Source of the DNA: Octopus bimaculoides | Lineage: Eukaryota | NCBI RefSeq assembly: GCF_001194135.2 | Contig: NC_068997.1 | Location: 24,253,806-24,317,805, forward strand | Reading direction: 5' to 3' | Length of the DNA: 64,000 nt | In this document: in pieces, positions 1 to 12,259 of the stretch | How the letters are laid out: each line of letters begins with the position of its first letter | Position numbering within the stretch: position 1 is the first letter of the stretch | Translations under genes and position numbers: made by a program | Notes under the pieces: generated by a model | What the model saw: the letters and a program-made list of their open reading frames with translations, nothing else | The model's database searches: none | What the model was told of the DNA's origin: nothing

Positions 1-240
1 TATATATATATATATATATATATGTATACATGCACACATATCTAAAACACACACGCATATATATATATACATAGATATATACATGCGTGCATACATATAT
101 ATACATATATATATATATTCATATATACCTGCATACATACACATATATACATATAAACGTACATATATACATGCATACATATACATAAATACGTGCATAC
201 ATACACATATACATATATACATGCATATAAATGCATACAA
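1..240. repeat. Compound (TA)n/(TACA)n/(CA)n microsatellite
   Basis: Alternating purine-pyrimidine simple repeat; ORFs here are Y/I/H/T artefacts. Confidence 0.95.
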
Positions 241-671
241 GCACAGAAGTTTGAGAGTTTATATAAGATAAAGATTAAAATTTCTTGATCCCTTCTATCC
301 TCAAAGAGTCAAACACTGATCAACCATGATTAACTTCAGTGGGGGGGGGGAGAATATAAGGAAGCTTTAACATTCCTAAACGCGTTAATTGCATGAAACT
401 GATTATGTAATGAAGTCATTTTCAAAACTACATAATTAAATAATCTACGCAATATATTAAATAAATAGCATCGAAGACGCAAAGGTCCCATTTCCGGATT
501 TTTGTGGCATTACTTCCTCTTTTGCCGACAAAAAATACAGGAAATATTTCTACCATCCCCCAACAAATAGTCTCATAGGAGTTACTTATGTAGACTCGCC
601 CTCGGATTTTTATTTTTTATTTTTTTTGTTTGTTTTTATCTGTTCGATTTGTATTTCAAATATTTTAATAA

Positions 672-826
672 CAGCTTTCCATACAGTTTCCGTCAATCAA
701 ATTCACTCACAAAACATTGGGCGGTCTCGGGCTATAGCTATAGATAAAGGTGCTGCGCAGAGGAACTGAACACGATACGACGTTGTTGCCAAGCCAGCTT
801 CTTAACCAAACATCCATGCCTGAGCC
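672..826 (-). mobile_element. Decayed 5' part of SINE family B (tRNA head + CORE-like domain)
   Basis: cagtttccgtcaatcaaattcactcacaaaacattgggcggtctcgggctatag aligns with the intact copy at 26241-26652 (cagtttccgtctaccaaatccactcgcaaggttttggtcggcccgaggctatag). Confidence 0.7.
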
Positions 827-1124
827 AATAGACTACACTTTGGATTTTTCTTATATTCGATCAATAATAACAAAAATTGAAAGGTAGTTGATGGGCCCAA
901 AACAGAATCAAAGCCTCCTCACGATAAACTATCAAAAACATATGATGAATCAGAAGAGAGTAAATACAGAATACGTAGAAAATGGTAAGAAATAATCACA
1001 TTATGACAGAGTACCCAATCTTAGTACCAAACTTACTTCTTCAGACATGGCAGAGTTCGGGTATACATACACTAGACCGTATGACAGCATTATGATATGC
1101 CAATAGAAAAGAGATGGCATAGCT

Positions 1125-1268
1125 GAGGAACTGGTACTTATTTGATCGGCCCCGAAAGAATGAAAGGCAAAGTCGATCTTAGCGGAATTTGAACTAAGAA
1201 CGTAAGGACAGATGAAATGCCGCTAAGTATTATACCTGGCGTGCTAACGATTCCCAGCCTACGGCCCT
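1125..1268 (-). mobile_element. SINE family A (tRNA head + Meta/MESC-like central domain)
   Basis: ctggtacttatttgatcggccccgaaagaatgaaaggcaaagtcgatcttagcggaatttgaac; aligns with the other family A copies; B-box-like GTTCAAATTCC on the minus strand. Confidence 0.8.
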
Positions 1269-1292
1269 AATGATAGTTTTGGTGGTTTCTAG

Positions 1293-1463
1293 TTTTGGCA
1301 CAAGGCCAGCAAATTATGGGGAGGGCGTTAAGTCGATTACAATTTTATTTTATCAACCCCGAAAGGATAAAAGGCAAAGTCGACCTCAGAGGAGTTTTAA
1401 CTCGGAAACTTGAAAACGGGCGAAAATACCAGCTTGCTAACGATTCTGCCAGCACGACGCTTC

Positions 1464-1466
<3 letters not shown>
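1293..1466 (-). mobile_element. SINE family A, internally deleted copy, head-to-tail with the previous copy
   Basis: ttttggcacaaggccagcaaatt...ccccgaaaggataaaaggcaaagtcgacctc...gctaacgattctgccagc; head abuts the (AAT)n tract. Confidence 0.8.
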
Positions 1467-1514
<48 letters not shown>

Positions 1515-1519
1515 GTACT

Positions 1520-1552
<33 letters not shown>

Positions 1553-1573
1553 AAGAAGAAGAAGAAGAAGAAG

Positions 1574-1617
<44 letters not shown>

Positions 1618-1683
1618 CGACGACGACAAAAACAACAACGACAAAAACAACAACGACAAAAACAACAACAACAACAACAACAG
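1467..1683. repeat. Compound triplet microsatellite (AAT)n-(AGT)-(AAG)n-(AAC)n-(GAC)n
   Basis: Direct reading; the poly-N/K ORF at 1295..1705 is an artefact. Confidence 0.95.
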
Positions 1684-1989
1684 CAGGTCAACTTTACCTA
1701 AATGAAATAGCTGATATAATTTCTTAACCAAGATATAAATGTTCTTTGTATAAGTATTTCAGTCTGTTTCTGGCGGACAGAAAGGCACGTGCTGAGAGGA
1801 ATCTCTAAGAATTAATAACATTGTCATTAACACTAACACATGACACATAATTTGACTACAAGGAAGGGAGTCACATGCTAGAAATAACAACTATATTAAC
1901 CACAGCTTTTCTTTTCACTGGTAAGGGGTACGAGATTGAATTGCAGTTTATCTCATCTTGTATCCGGGTCTCAACCAGAGACCAAGGGC

Positions 1990-2019
1990 ATTATTATTAT
2001 TGTTATTATTATTATTATG

Positions 2020-2078
<59 letters not shown>
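1990..2078. repeat. (ATT)n microsatellite
   Basis: Direct reading. Confidence 0.95.
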
Positions 2079-2499
2079 GTATGACACATAAAATGAATAA
2101 ATAAATAAGAGAAAGATAGACAAGAAATGATATGATCATCGAACAGTGATCAATATCGAAATGAGTTTCACATGTAACGGTATACAACACAACGATGGCG
2201 ATGATTACGCTGACGAAAATAGTAGCAACAGCATGGCCCTGAAATAAATGTGACAGAAAAATGTCTGAATATCTCTACTAACTTCCAATATCACATTCAT
2301 TAATATTTTTACAGATAGAGATTAAACTTCTTATTTCTTCTCGTCTCTTTTTTCCTCTCTTTTCTCTCTCACTTCACACACACACGCACACGCACAAGCA
2401 CACACATATATGCATCTATGTATACATATATATATATGTGTAAAAACTGTATAATAATATATCATAATTATATATATACTCCGACATTTATATAAAAAC

Positions 2500-2521
2500 T
2501 ATTGACTGTTATACACACACG

Positions 2522-2555
<34 letters not shown>

Positions 2556-2565
2556 CATATATATG

Positions 2566-2633
<68 letters not shown>

Positions 2634-2860
2634 CGTATGTGTGTGTGTATATATACATATACATATACACATATATGTATACATTTATATACATACAAGC
2701 ATATATATGTGTGTGTATGTATGTATGCGTATATATGCATATATATGCATATATATGTTTGTGTACGCATGTGTGTGTGTGTATGTGTGTAAATGTATAT
2801 GCACACTTCCATATATATACATACGTACACATCACACACACACACACACACAAGCGTATA
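2500..2860. repeat. Compound (CA)n/(TA)n/(GT)n microsatellite
   Basis: Direct reading. Confidence 0.95.
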
Positions 2861-3479
2861 TATGGAAAAACATCATATTCCCGTGTATAAGTTAGTATCC
2901 ATAGCAAAAATAAATACATATATCATAGAAGAAACATTGATCAAATAATTTAAGACGTGTCTGGCATTGGTAAATACATACATACATACATACATATATC
3001 TATGTATACGTTTACATGTATATGTACATATGTACATATATACGTATGTATAAGTCATATATATGTGTTCGCATGTAGATGTGTGTGTGTACGTATGTAC
3101 GCATATATGTGTGTGTATGTGTATGACCGGATACCAACATGAAACCAGTATACATATTAAAATTACATTAAAACCTTTAGTGAGGTGAGCTAGTTGGCAC
3201 CATGGTAAGATGATATCATCTATTTGGCTGAGAATTCTATAAAATTACTTACGATCAGCTTATTTTATGTTTAGGAATTTTTGGTTTTTTTATGATTTCT
3301 ATATGTTTGGCACTACAATATGTTGACGAAAAAATCCTTACTTAATAGATGCCGTTAAGACTCAAGTCTTAATCAAAGACATCAAGGGGCAATAAAGCTT
3401 TTGCACCTGAAAATGCTAACAGGTGATGTGCCTTGTAATTGGAATCACAGATACGTGTGGGGGAAAAGACACAGAGTGC

Positions 3480-3839
3480 GTATGGTTGCATTTTCTCTCT
3501 ACATAGACTATTTGAGATATCCGTAAGTATGATCTTTGGCAATTGTTTTATTTTGGGGCTAACATTGATTTGGTATATATACATGTGCGCTCCACTTGAT
3601 TCAATTCAAAGTGCCTCAATAACATTAGGTACAGTTGTTTTGAGATGCCACTTCCTTCCCTTTTCAACCTCCTGGTTCTAATATTTGCTCAGTTTGTCAA
3701 ACGTTTTCTCAGATGAGTTTTTGTCGGCATTGGAGCATCAACCAGGAGACATGTCTTTGCAGTATGACTTATGGAAATGAGATGAGGTAGGTTTGCCAGT
3801 ATTTTCCGATCTGCCTGAACATTATCATCATCATCATCA

Positions 3840-3881
<42 letters not shown>

Positions 3882-4140
3882 GCATCATCATCATTAGTAT
3901 TATATTACTTTTCAGAGCGCTCTGTCTTGTTTACTCTGATAGATTCTGTGAGAGCAGACAGCAGCTTGCTGTCAGAAGTCTTACAGCGTCGCTTTCTGCA
4001 CAATATAAGCTTTGATACTTCGTTCTAAATTATCGTGGGACACATTCAACATCCAAGTACCAATCTCAAGCTCATAGCTGTCTCCAGCAGACTAGCTTTT
4101 GCTCTCAATTCCGATTTCTCTGACAAAATGAGAAAAATTC
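3480..4140 (-). mobile_element. Decayed Dong/R4-clade non-LTR retrotransposon, 3' part (zinc-knuckle region and restriction-like endonuclease), interrupted by (ATC/ATT)n at ~3821-3900
   Basis: Manual translation with frameshifts: DRKILANLPHLISISHTAKTCLLVDAPMP / SEKTFDKLSKY*NQEVEKGRKWHLKTTVPNVIEAL...KQLPKIILTDISNSLCR, resembling the RLE motif (ANRPD...CxLID...EKxSKYxDL...W.LKT..VP.IIGALG) of R4/Dong ORFs. The upstream piece FVREIGIESKS...SIKAYI and RLLTASCCLLSQ is weaker. Confidence 0.65.
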
Positions 4141-4184
4141 GGTGAAGACAGCACTGAGCTGTTTTTTACGCAAAATATTTAACG

Positions 4185-4335
4185 GCAATTTTCTCGGTTG
4201 TACGCTCTAAGGTCAAATTCGAGTTCGGTTTTGTCTTTCCTCATTTCGGGGTTGATAAAATTACCTGTGTCAATGTAATCCACTTTGTTCCATGCTCTGT
4301 CTATAATTGTTGGCCTTGTGCAATAATTTGAAAGA
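4185..4335 (+). mobile_element. Old SINE family A copy
   Basis: tacgctctaaggtcaaattc...ttgtctttcctcatttcggggttgataaaatta...ggccttgtgc. Confidence 0.55.
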
Positions 4336-5259
4336 ATCTAAAAGCACATTTAGTTAAGAATTTTCACTTTCAAATTTCAAAATATGCTGATATCAGCTTT
4401 ATCATTTATACATCTGTCGTCTATAAATTTAATGCCAATCAAAACCTGAGATTTATTATATCGAATGTTCTATTGACTAGAATATGTAGCTTATCTGCTT
4501 AGCTGAAAATTTATTTTGTTTCCTTACTAATTGTTTAGCCCTAGGTATGTATGCTCTGAGTGGGTAGATCAATACTCAAAACCGTTCAAGCCATGACCCT
4601 CACATCCTACTCTCAGTCACTTTTTATTTCGAACTTCATTATCTATCAATTATGTCCATTGCTTGTTGAAGATTAAAAATGTAATAGAGTTTTATAGATA
4701 TCGCATTTTGTTGTTATTATTGTTGGTGTTGTTATTGATGTGGTGGTGTTTTTGACAGTGGTAGTGGCGGTGATATATGGTGAGATGAGACTTCTGCTTT
4801 TTAAAAGAGAGTTTCCGTTATTTATGGCTTTTGAATCCATCAGAGAATGTTACGCTTTGGATAGCAAAATGGAATTATTTATTATCATGATGATGCTAAT
4901 GTAAGTACATCTACATACATAACCGAAACACTGCTAGTTCTTTCTCTCATTACCAATGAAACCTCTTACTTTACTTAATTAAGTCACTTATATATCAGCG
5001 ATATCAAACATACTTCTGAAGGAATGAAAAAGAAGATGTATTAAAGACGGAGAGAAAAAGGAACAAGAAGGTGACAGCGGAAGAGAGACATAAAAGTGAG
5101 TTGTTTTCTATTGTGTTGCCTAACATGTAAAGTGACATCAGTACCAATCAGTAGGTTTTCATGTTCCACAACATAACTTCTATATGGTCTGAAGATAAGC
5201 AGGAATTAGATTTCCAATGTTCCTCAGATGTTCCTGTTTGGTCTTAGACAATGGGTAAG

Positions 5260-5840
5260 TTAGAAAATGTAAGAGCGGAGTTTGAACTCAAAATTTAAAG
5301 ACGGATGAATACCGCTTGACATTTTGCCCAGCATACTAAAGAATATGCCTTAAAAAGAATACGCCTTAATATAAGTAATAATAACCCTCTCTACTAAAGA
5401 TAAACACGTCTTAAATTTGTGGGGAGAGGATTAGTCGTTTACATCTACCCGAGTGTTTCACTGGTACTTAATTTATCGATCCCGAAAGGATGAAAGGCAA
5501 AGTCGTCCTCGGCGGAATTTGAACTCAAAGCGTAGCGACGGACGAAATACCGCTTACGCATTTCGCCCACGTGCTAATGATTCTGTCAGCTCACGGCCTT
5601 AAATAATAATAATAATAATAATAATAATATTAATGATTTTAAATTTTGGCACAGGCCCATCAACTTTGGGATACGGCTTAAGTCGATTACATCGATCTCA
5701 GTGCTCGACTGGCACTCACTTCATCGATTCCGAGAGGGTAAAAGGCAAAGTCGACCCCGGAGGAATTTGAACTTAGGATGTATAGACAGACGAAATGCTG
5801 CTAAGCCTGGCGCGGTAACGAGTCTGCCAGCACGCCGCTC
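5260..5840 (-). mobile_element. Three head-to-tail SINE family A copies (fragment ~5275-5340, ~5410-5600, ~5640-5840)
   Basis: Repeated gaaaggcaaagtcg..ggaatttgaactc..gacggacgaaat..gctaa..ctgccagc modules; the last two are joined by an (AAT)n tract at ~5601-5630. Confidence 0.85.
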
Positions 5841-6017
5841 GAACAATAATAATGATCGTAACAACAAGTCTATAAAATAAAACAACTGCAACAATAGCAA
5901 CAAGAATACAAAATAACACCAAAGTAAAAGAAAAAATACAGCAACTGCAGCGCACAATACATCACCACTATCACAATCACCACCAACACCAACACCACCA
6001 CCATCACCGCCATCACC

Positions 6018-6229
6018 GGCGAGCTGGCCAAAACATTAGCACTCCGGGGCAAATACTTAGCTGTATTTCGTCTGTCTTTACGTTCTGAGTTCAAATTCCG
6101 CCGGGGTCGTCTATACCTTTCATCATTTCGTGGTCGATAAAATAAGTACCAGTTGCGTACTGGGGTCGATCTAATAGATTGGCCCCCCTCGGCAAACATT
6201 TTGGGCCTTGTGCCTAGAGTAGAAAAGAA
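6018..6229 (+). mobile_element. Full-length SINE family A copy
   Basis: ggcgagctggccaaaacattagc (A-box-like) ...ctgagttcaaattccgcc (B-box-like) ...cctttcatcatttcgtggtcgataaaataagtaccag... tail gggccttgtgcctagagtagaaaaga. Confidence 0.88.
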
Positions 6230-7911
6230 TAGTATACAAGCAAGAATTTTAAAAATATATATAGTATCTGCCGTACTATGCCGTATATTATCAGCACGAC
6301 CACCCCAGCAAACAGTACTCAAGCAACAACAACAACAACTATGTTAAAACCTGCAATAACAATAATATACGTCTTCAAGAGCAACACCACGAACAACAAC
6401 AACATCAGTGATATGAATACAGAACACCAATAACCAAATTTTTTTTAGTAGCACCCACACCACTCTAACATCACGGCTTACACCACCGCCACAAACTTCA
6501 CAACATCAACAACAACAACTACAACAGTATGTACAAGGATTACAACAACAGTAGGTTCTACACTAATAACAAAAACGACGTTATGAACAAATAAGTTAGT
6601 TTAAAACTCATGGTATTTTCGCTCTGCTATAATATTTCCGAGTAATTCTCAGTTATCAATGTAAGATTAGACTGAATTTAATGGCGGTTACTTAGACTTT
6701 CTTGTCATAAAATTGTACCCACTTAGGGCGTTAAGTGGGGAACAGGGTTTATTGGCAAAATTGATAGCTTTTTACTTCTACTTATTGATATAATATATTC
6801 ACTAGGTGAAATTAATTATGTTTTTTACAGTGTGTTTGTGGATGCGGATCTATCTATATATGTATGTACGGATGGATGTATATATATTTATGTATGTGCG
6901 TGTGTGTTCGCGAAAGAGAATACGATTGTGTGTGCTTATTTTCTTGAGTCTTTTTTTTTTCTGTGTATTTGTGTGTGTTGGTGGTGGTGATGGAGGGTCT
7001 CTTACGAGGGATGGATTTTTGTTGTTTGGTTTGTGCTTGTTTTCGTATAATTATTCATGTATATTCGTGTGCTACTGTAGCAATGTGTGAGTGTGTTAGT
7101 GTAAGAATTTTTGGTGTAAATGTGCGCATTCATTTATATGGTTATATATGTCAATATCTATATCTCTATATGTCTGAACGCCTGTGCGCATGTGTATGAT
7201 CTTGTGTAATTGCATATGTTTTACCAGTTTTACTATCGAGAATGAAAACAAAACAAAACAAAAACAGAAAACACTTTTGCTTTGCTTTATATAAAGTATT
7301 ATTATAATTTTTTTTATCCTAAAATATGCTGCTTTTAAGAGTTGGCACATTTTAAATTTATGTATTTCCATTTACTATTATTTATTACTTATATGTATAC
7401 GTGTCTGTCTCTATATAACGGAGTGTATATATTCGCAAATTTGCATGTACAAGTATTGATGTATATGTATGAACTTAAGTGTGTGTTAGAGATCATATGT
7501 TTGTAAGAATGAGAATGTGTCAAGACGTATGTGTAGGTGTGTATGCATGTATGTCTGTGCTTCTATGGGTACGTACATTGGTCTTACTGTACAAAGTAGC
7601 GAAACGTCTGTTAACCATTTTAATGTTGAGCTATACATATTCTCCGACTGTTTTACTGTTTATTATATGACTTTAATATTAAAAATTCGTTTAGACTTGC
7701 AAAGAAGAGGCTTTTTCGCGGTGATGGCCAATTAAAATATAACTATCAAATATTCAACATGACTACAACTAGTTTAGTATCTACTAACCAAGACCTATAT
7801 CTGTATTGAATCAGTGGTATTAGTTTTACATAGGCATTCATTCAGTTATTATGTTTATTAAGGAATGAAATTGACTATTTATTGAGCATTTTGTTTCATG
7901 CCTTCAATACG

Positions 7912-7945
<34 letters not shown>

Positions 7946-8405
7946 AAGTATGTAGAGGTAGTTGAACTGACAACTAGTCTGGTATAATGATTACGGTACA
8001 TATTATCGATTAAAACATTTCAAGTAGTGGTCTCCGCATGAACGCAATTCAATACGTAAAACAAAAGAGCTAAACACGAATATGTAAACTGATGTTAAAT
8101 CGGACAAATTCACAAGGGCAAGGAAATATAAAGGGAATTTTGCCTGGCATGCATACAAATATATCTACATATATATATAAAATGTAAAAGAGCATGCAAC
8201 TCGATGTAAATAAGTTTTTTAAGTTTCGTACATAGAGAATAGCTTGGTTGAAACTGTGCAAAATACAGGGTGCTTATATATATATCAGAAATGAAAAACA
8301 CATTAAATATTTTTCATTTACTGAGTAACAGAACACCACGCATCCAGACTTTTGTTAACATTATATATATATATATATATATCATACTTTTACGAGGAAG
8401 AGGGT

Positions 8406-8468
8406 GAGAATGACTTTGACGTTTCGGTCTGAAGAAGACTGACAGACCTAATCGTTGAAATCACTCCC
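8406..8468 (-). ncRNA. Decayed minimal type I hammerhead ribozyme (Penelope-type)
   Basis: Minus strand: gggagtgatttc-aacgatta-GGTCTG-tcagtcttctt-CAGACC-GAAAC-GTC-aaagtcattctc. Stem II (6 bp), GAAA, palindromic ACGT stem III, GUC site and ~11-bp stem I (with G-U) are present; the CUGAUGA strand is mutated. Confidence 0.55.
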
Positions 8469-8604
8469 ACTTTGTTCTTGTAAATCTATATTATAAGTGA
8501 ATATGTGATCTACAAACATTATGGTGTATTTATTTAGTAAAATGTTAAATAGTTTTTATAATAATTCGACAAACAATAATATATACATATCTATATTATA
8601 TAAT

Positions 8605-8725
<121 letters not shown>

Positions 8726-8789
8726 TATATATTAAAATGAGGTAGTTTTGGTAAAACATTGTTAGGTATAACTTTACGCAATTACCTTC

Positions 8790-9010
8790 TTTCGTGGATC
8801 TGTGGTAAGAAGCTTACTTTTCAACCACCTGTTCCTGGGTTCAGTCTCACTGTGTGGCATCTTGGGCGAATGTCTTCTTCTATAGCCTCGAGATGATCAA
8901 AACCTTGTGAGTGGATTTGCAAAACGGAAAATGAAACAAGACCGTCGTATATATGTGTGTGTATGCGTGTGTGAGCGTGTGTGTATGTGTGTGTGTGCGT
9001 GTGTGAGCGT

Positions 9011-9041
<31 letters not shown>

Positions 9042-9157
9042 GTATTTGTGTGTTTGTCCCCTCACATCGCTTGACAACCGATGTTGGTGTGTTTACGTCC
9101 CTGTAACTTAGCGGTTCAGCAGAAAAAACCGATAGAATAAGTACTAGGCTTATAGAA
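8790..9157 (+). mobile_element. SINE family B with internal (GT)n, 3'-truncated
   Basis: ctgtggtaagaagctt...gggttcagtctcactg (tRNA-like head), cttgggcgaatgtcttc (CORE-like), cttgtgagtggatttg, gcttgacaaccgatgttggtgtgtttacgtcc, gatagaataagtactaggctt. Confidence 0.82.
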
Positions 9158-10729
9158 ACTGTATAGAAACCTGTTGGATAAATTGAAGCTGTAATTCAAG
9201 CGTAGAGCTTTGTAGCACACTGTATCCCGCTGATTCAACCAGAGAATCCCTTTATACAAGGTATTTGTTGAATGCCTAACTGAACTGCTAATAGTATAAT
9301 TCAATGGATAGATAATTCGATTGATCGAATAACTGGATGTTCATCATTGAAACCGACTGAGAGCCATCAACTTTACTTACGTATTGATTACACAATGCAT
9401 GTAGGAAAAACGATAAGAATGAATGAACCGTATTTCATCGTAGTTTTATTCATTCTCGGCTAACCTAGGGTTATGCAAGAATAAAACAATATTATGTAAT
9501 ATATTCTATCAATTTCTAGAAGTTGTACAGCTATCCTCATGTTTCACTCATCTCTGAACCAAGATAGCTTGGTACGGTCAGTGAGAATCATTTTACGCTT
9601 ATCGTGGATTGATCTGCGATAACACGGGTCGGCGATCAGTCAAAATCTGGTTGGATCGCAAACGAGCTCTCCAACGTCCATTCACAATGTTCAGGATAAC
9701 TTAGGATTTCAGAACGAAATCTATTTTCTCCACATGTTCTTATTATTCATTTATCAGTGATTCACCTAACACGTTTTTTTGTGGGGTTTTTGTCAAGAAA
9801 CACCCGTGATAAATGAGGATATATGTATTACAAATAAGTCAAAGATTGAACATATCTTCTATAACACGTCATAAGTTTACATAACTCAGATTGGACTGCT
9901 AACTACTAATTCATATGTTGTTTTGAAGAGTTAGATGAGATTGAATATCGCTGTTTCGCGTCGACTAACTATGCATGTACAGAATACAGATATTAAAACA
10001 CACTGCACTACATAGCACAATAGAAAACATGACAGAAATCTTTTCTTGGTAACTTGGTAAAAAGGGTGTTATGTTACACAGACCACAGATCGACAAGCTA
10101 TGTTAATGTGTTATTCTATCGATCTAGTGCAGCAAACTAGACCGATAGAATAAGTACCAAGCTTATAAAGAAAATAAGTACCGGGGTAAATCAGTTTGAC
10201 TAAAAAGACAATAGTATAAAAGAAAAGATAAAGAAAAAATAAAATTAAAAATAAAATGTGTAGAAAATAAAAGTTACACCCAGGCAGTTCGCGTGAAAAA
10301 GAACAATTGAAATTAATAAAATTAGTAGAGTAAGTATTAAAAATCTAAGTGGAAATAAATATAAGATAAATAAAAAGAAACGCAAAGAATGTTAGCTAAT
10401 GATTCATATGTTAAATAATTCCGTATGACAAAGCGTGTACATGTTTCGGTCTAAGAGTAACATCATCAGAAAAGCCCGATATATCATATAGATTTCAATG
10501 TACGTACCGAAGCAGTTTATGGGAAAATTATTAAATAAATATGGAAAGTTTCTTGAATAGCTTCATATGTTTTGTGGAATTTATATTCATAGCAAAATGC
10601 ATTGCAAAATTAATGGATTAATGTCACATTCTAATGATTAATTAACACTAGTGATAATGGTGAAATTGTTTCGCAATTTCTAAAAGAAGCCTGTCATTAA
10701 AGTTTAGAAAGATGTTTTATCATAATCGT

Positions 10730-10920
10730 TAACATCGTCGTCATCATCACTGTCAACATCATCGTCACCATCGTCATCTCTATCCTTCGTCCTCCTCCTC
10801 CTCGTCGTCGTCCTCCTCCTCCACCTCCTCCTCCCCATCCCCCTCCTTCTCCTCCTCCTCCTCCTCCTCATCATCATCATCATCTTTTTCGTTGACACCA
10901 TCATTGTCATTATCGCCACG
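10730..10920. repeat. Compound (CAT)/(CGT)/(CCT) triplet simple repeat
   Basis: Direct reading. Confidence 0.9.
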
Positions 10921-11081
10921 TCATTTTAGACATTGTCGTCTTTGTTCTTGCCATCATTATCATTATCATTAGCAATACTGTCACAATAACTATCTTTAGT
11001 ATTTCAGTTGTAGTTGTTGCTGTTGCTGTTGCTGTTGCTGTCCTTAGAGTCTTTGCCGTAGTTATTTAGCCTCCAACCATC

Positions 11082-11113
<32 letters not shown>

Positions 11114-11863
11114 CAACCCTTAGTCAGCCCAGTCCCAGTACATGCGACACATGATCCAAAACGTTTCTCACGTAGCAACGCATACTCTCTGTGTCTCCTT
11201 CTATAACCCCAACAGGACATATTTTTCCTATATGTCACTTCTCTATTTTAGACGATAATGTCTGATTGGGATTAATATGTCTGCTATTTTCAGTAGGATC
11301 GAGTCACTACATAAACGTTGTCCGCAAGAATTTCAAGTATAGGAATCTTAATATTTTATCTGAAAGCCACATAACCAACTCACACATTATTGACGAATAC
11401 GATATTTTTTTTCTCCTAATCTATATTTTGGAAATAAAATTGTAATTCCATCGACATTTTGTAGTAAACTAGTTTTCCTTTATTTATTTATTTTTTTGTT
11501 TTTTGTTTTTCGAAACGTTGCCACAAAAAGTCAAAAATATTAAAAAAATGATGCTGTAAACAAAAACATAAGGAATATATAAAAACATATTAAAATATAA
11601 TATATAAGTGAAAAAAATATAAAAATAAATATAACAAATATTAAAATAAAAAAATAAAAATAATATATATATGCTATGAAATATATATGTATATGTGTGT
11701 GTGTTTGTGTGTTGTGCGTGTGTATATATATATACATATATATATATACATATATATATANNNNNNNNNNNNNNNNNNNNNNNNNNNNNNNNNNNNNNNN
11801 NNNNNNNNNNNNNNNNNNNNNNNNNNNNNNNNNNNNNNNNNNNNNNNNNNNNNTTAAATGATA

Positions 11864-11925
11864 AAAATAATAATAATAACAACAACAATAATAATAATAA
11901 TAATAATAATAACAACAACAACAAC

Positions 11926-11980
<55 letters not shown>

Positions 11981-11990
11981 GCAACAACAA
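11864..11990. repeat. (AAT)n/(AAC)n microsatellite next to an N gap
   Basis: Direct reading. Confidence 0.95.
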
Positions 11991-12259
11991 TCAAGCAAAA
12001 GAGCAACAAAACAAAAAAAAGAAAAGTAAAAGGAAATGGAAGAAATGAGAAAAGAAGAGAAAAAAGCTGCTACTATCATAATTGAATTGCTCACAACACT
12101 GAATTTTGATATGGCAGTATATGAAATGATATCTCGTGGAAAAATCATATCATTCATTTTGATATGATTAAGTGGTGTGTCATAAATTAGGAAGCATTTT
12201 ATTTGGTCACTGAGTCGGATGTTCTATGATGTGGTTTGATACACTTTGTAATTTCTGAC

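Noticed and set aside
1295-1731. Long poly-N/K/R/T/L ORFs, and all similar Y/I/H/T/C/V and X-filled ORFs in the track
   Set aside because: Translations of microsatellites or N gaps.
9640-9900. Possible very old DD41D-type transposase relic (FFLWGFVK-like stretch)
   Set aside because: Needs several frameshifts to see the motif and no TIRs were found.
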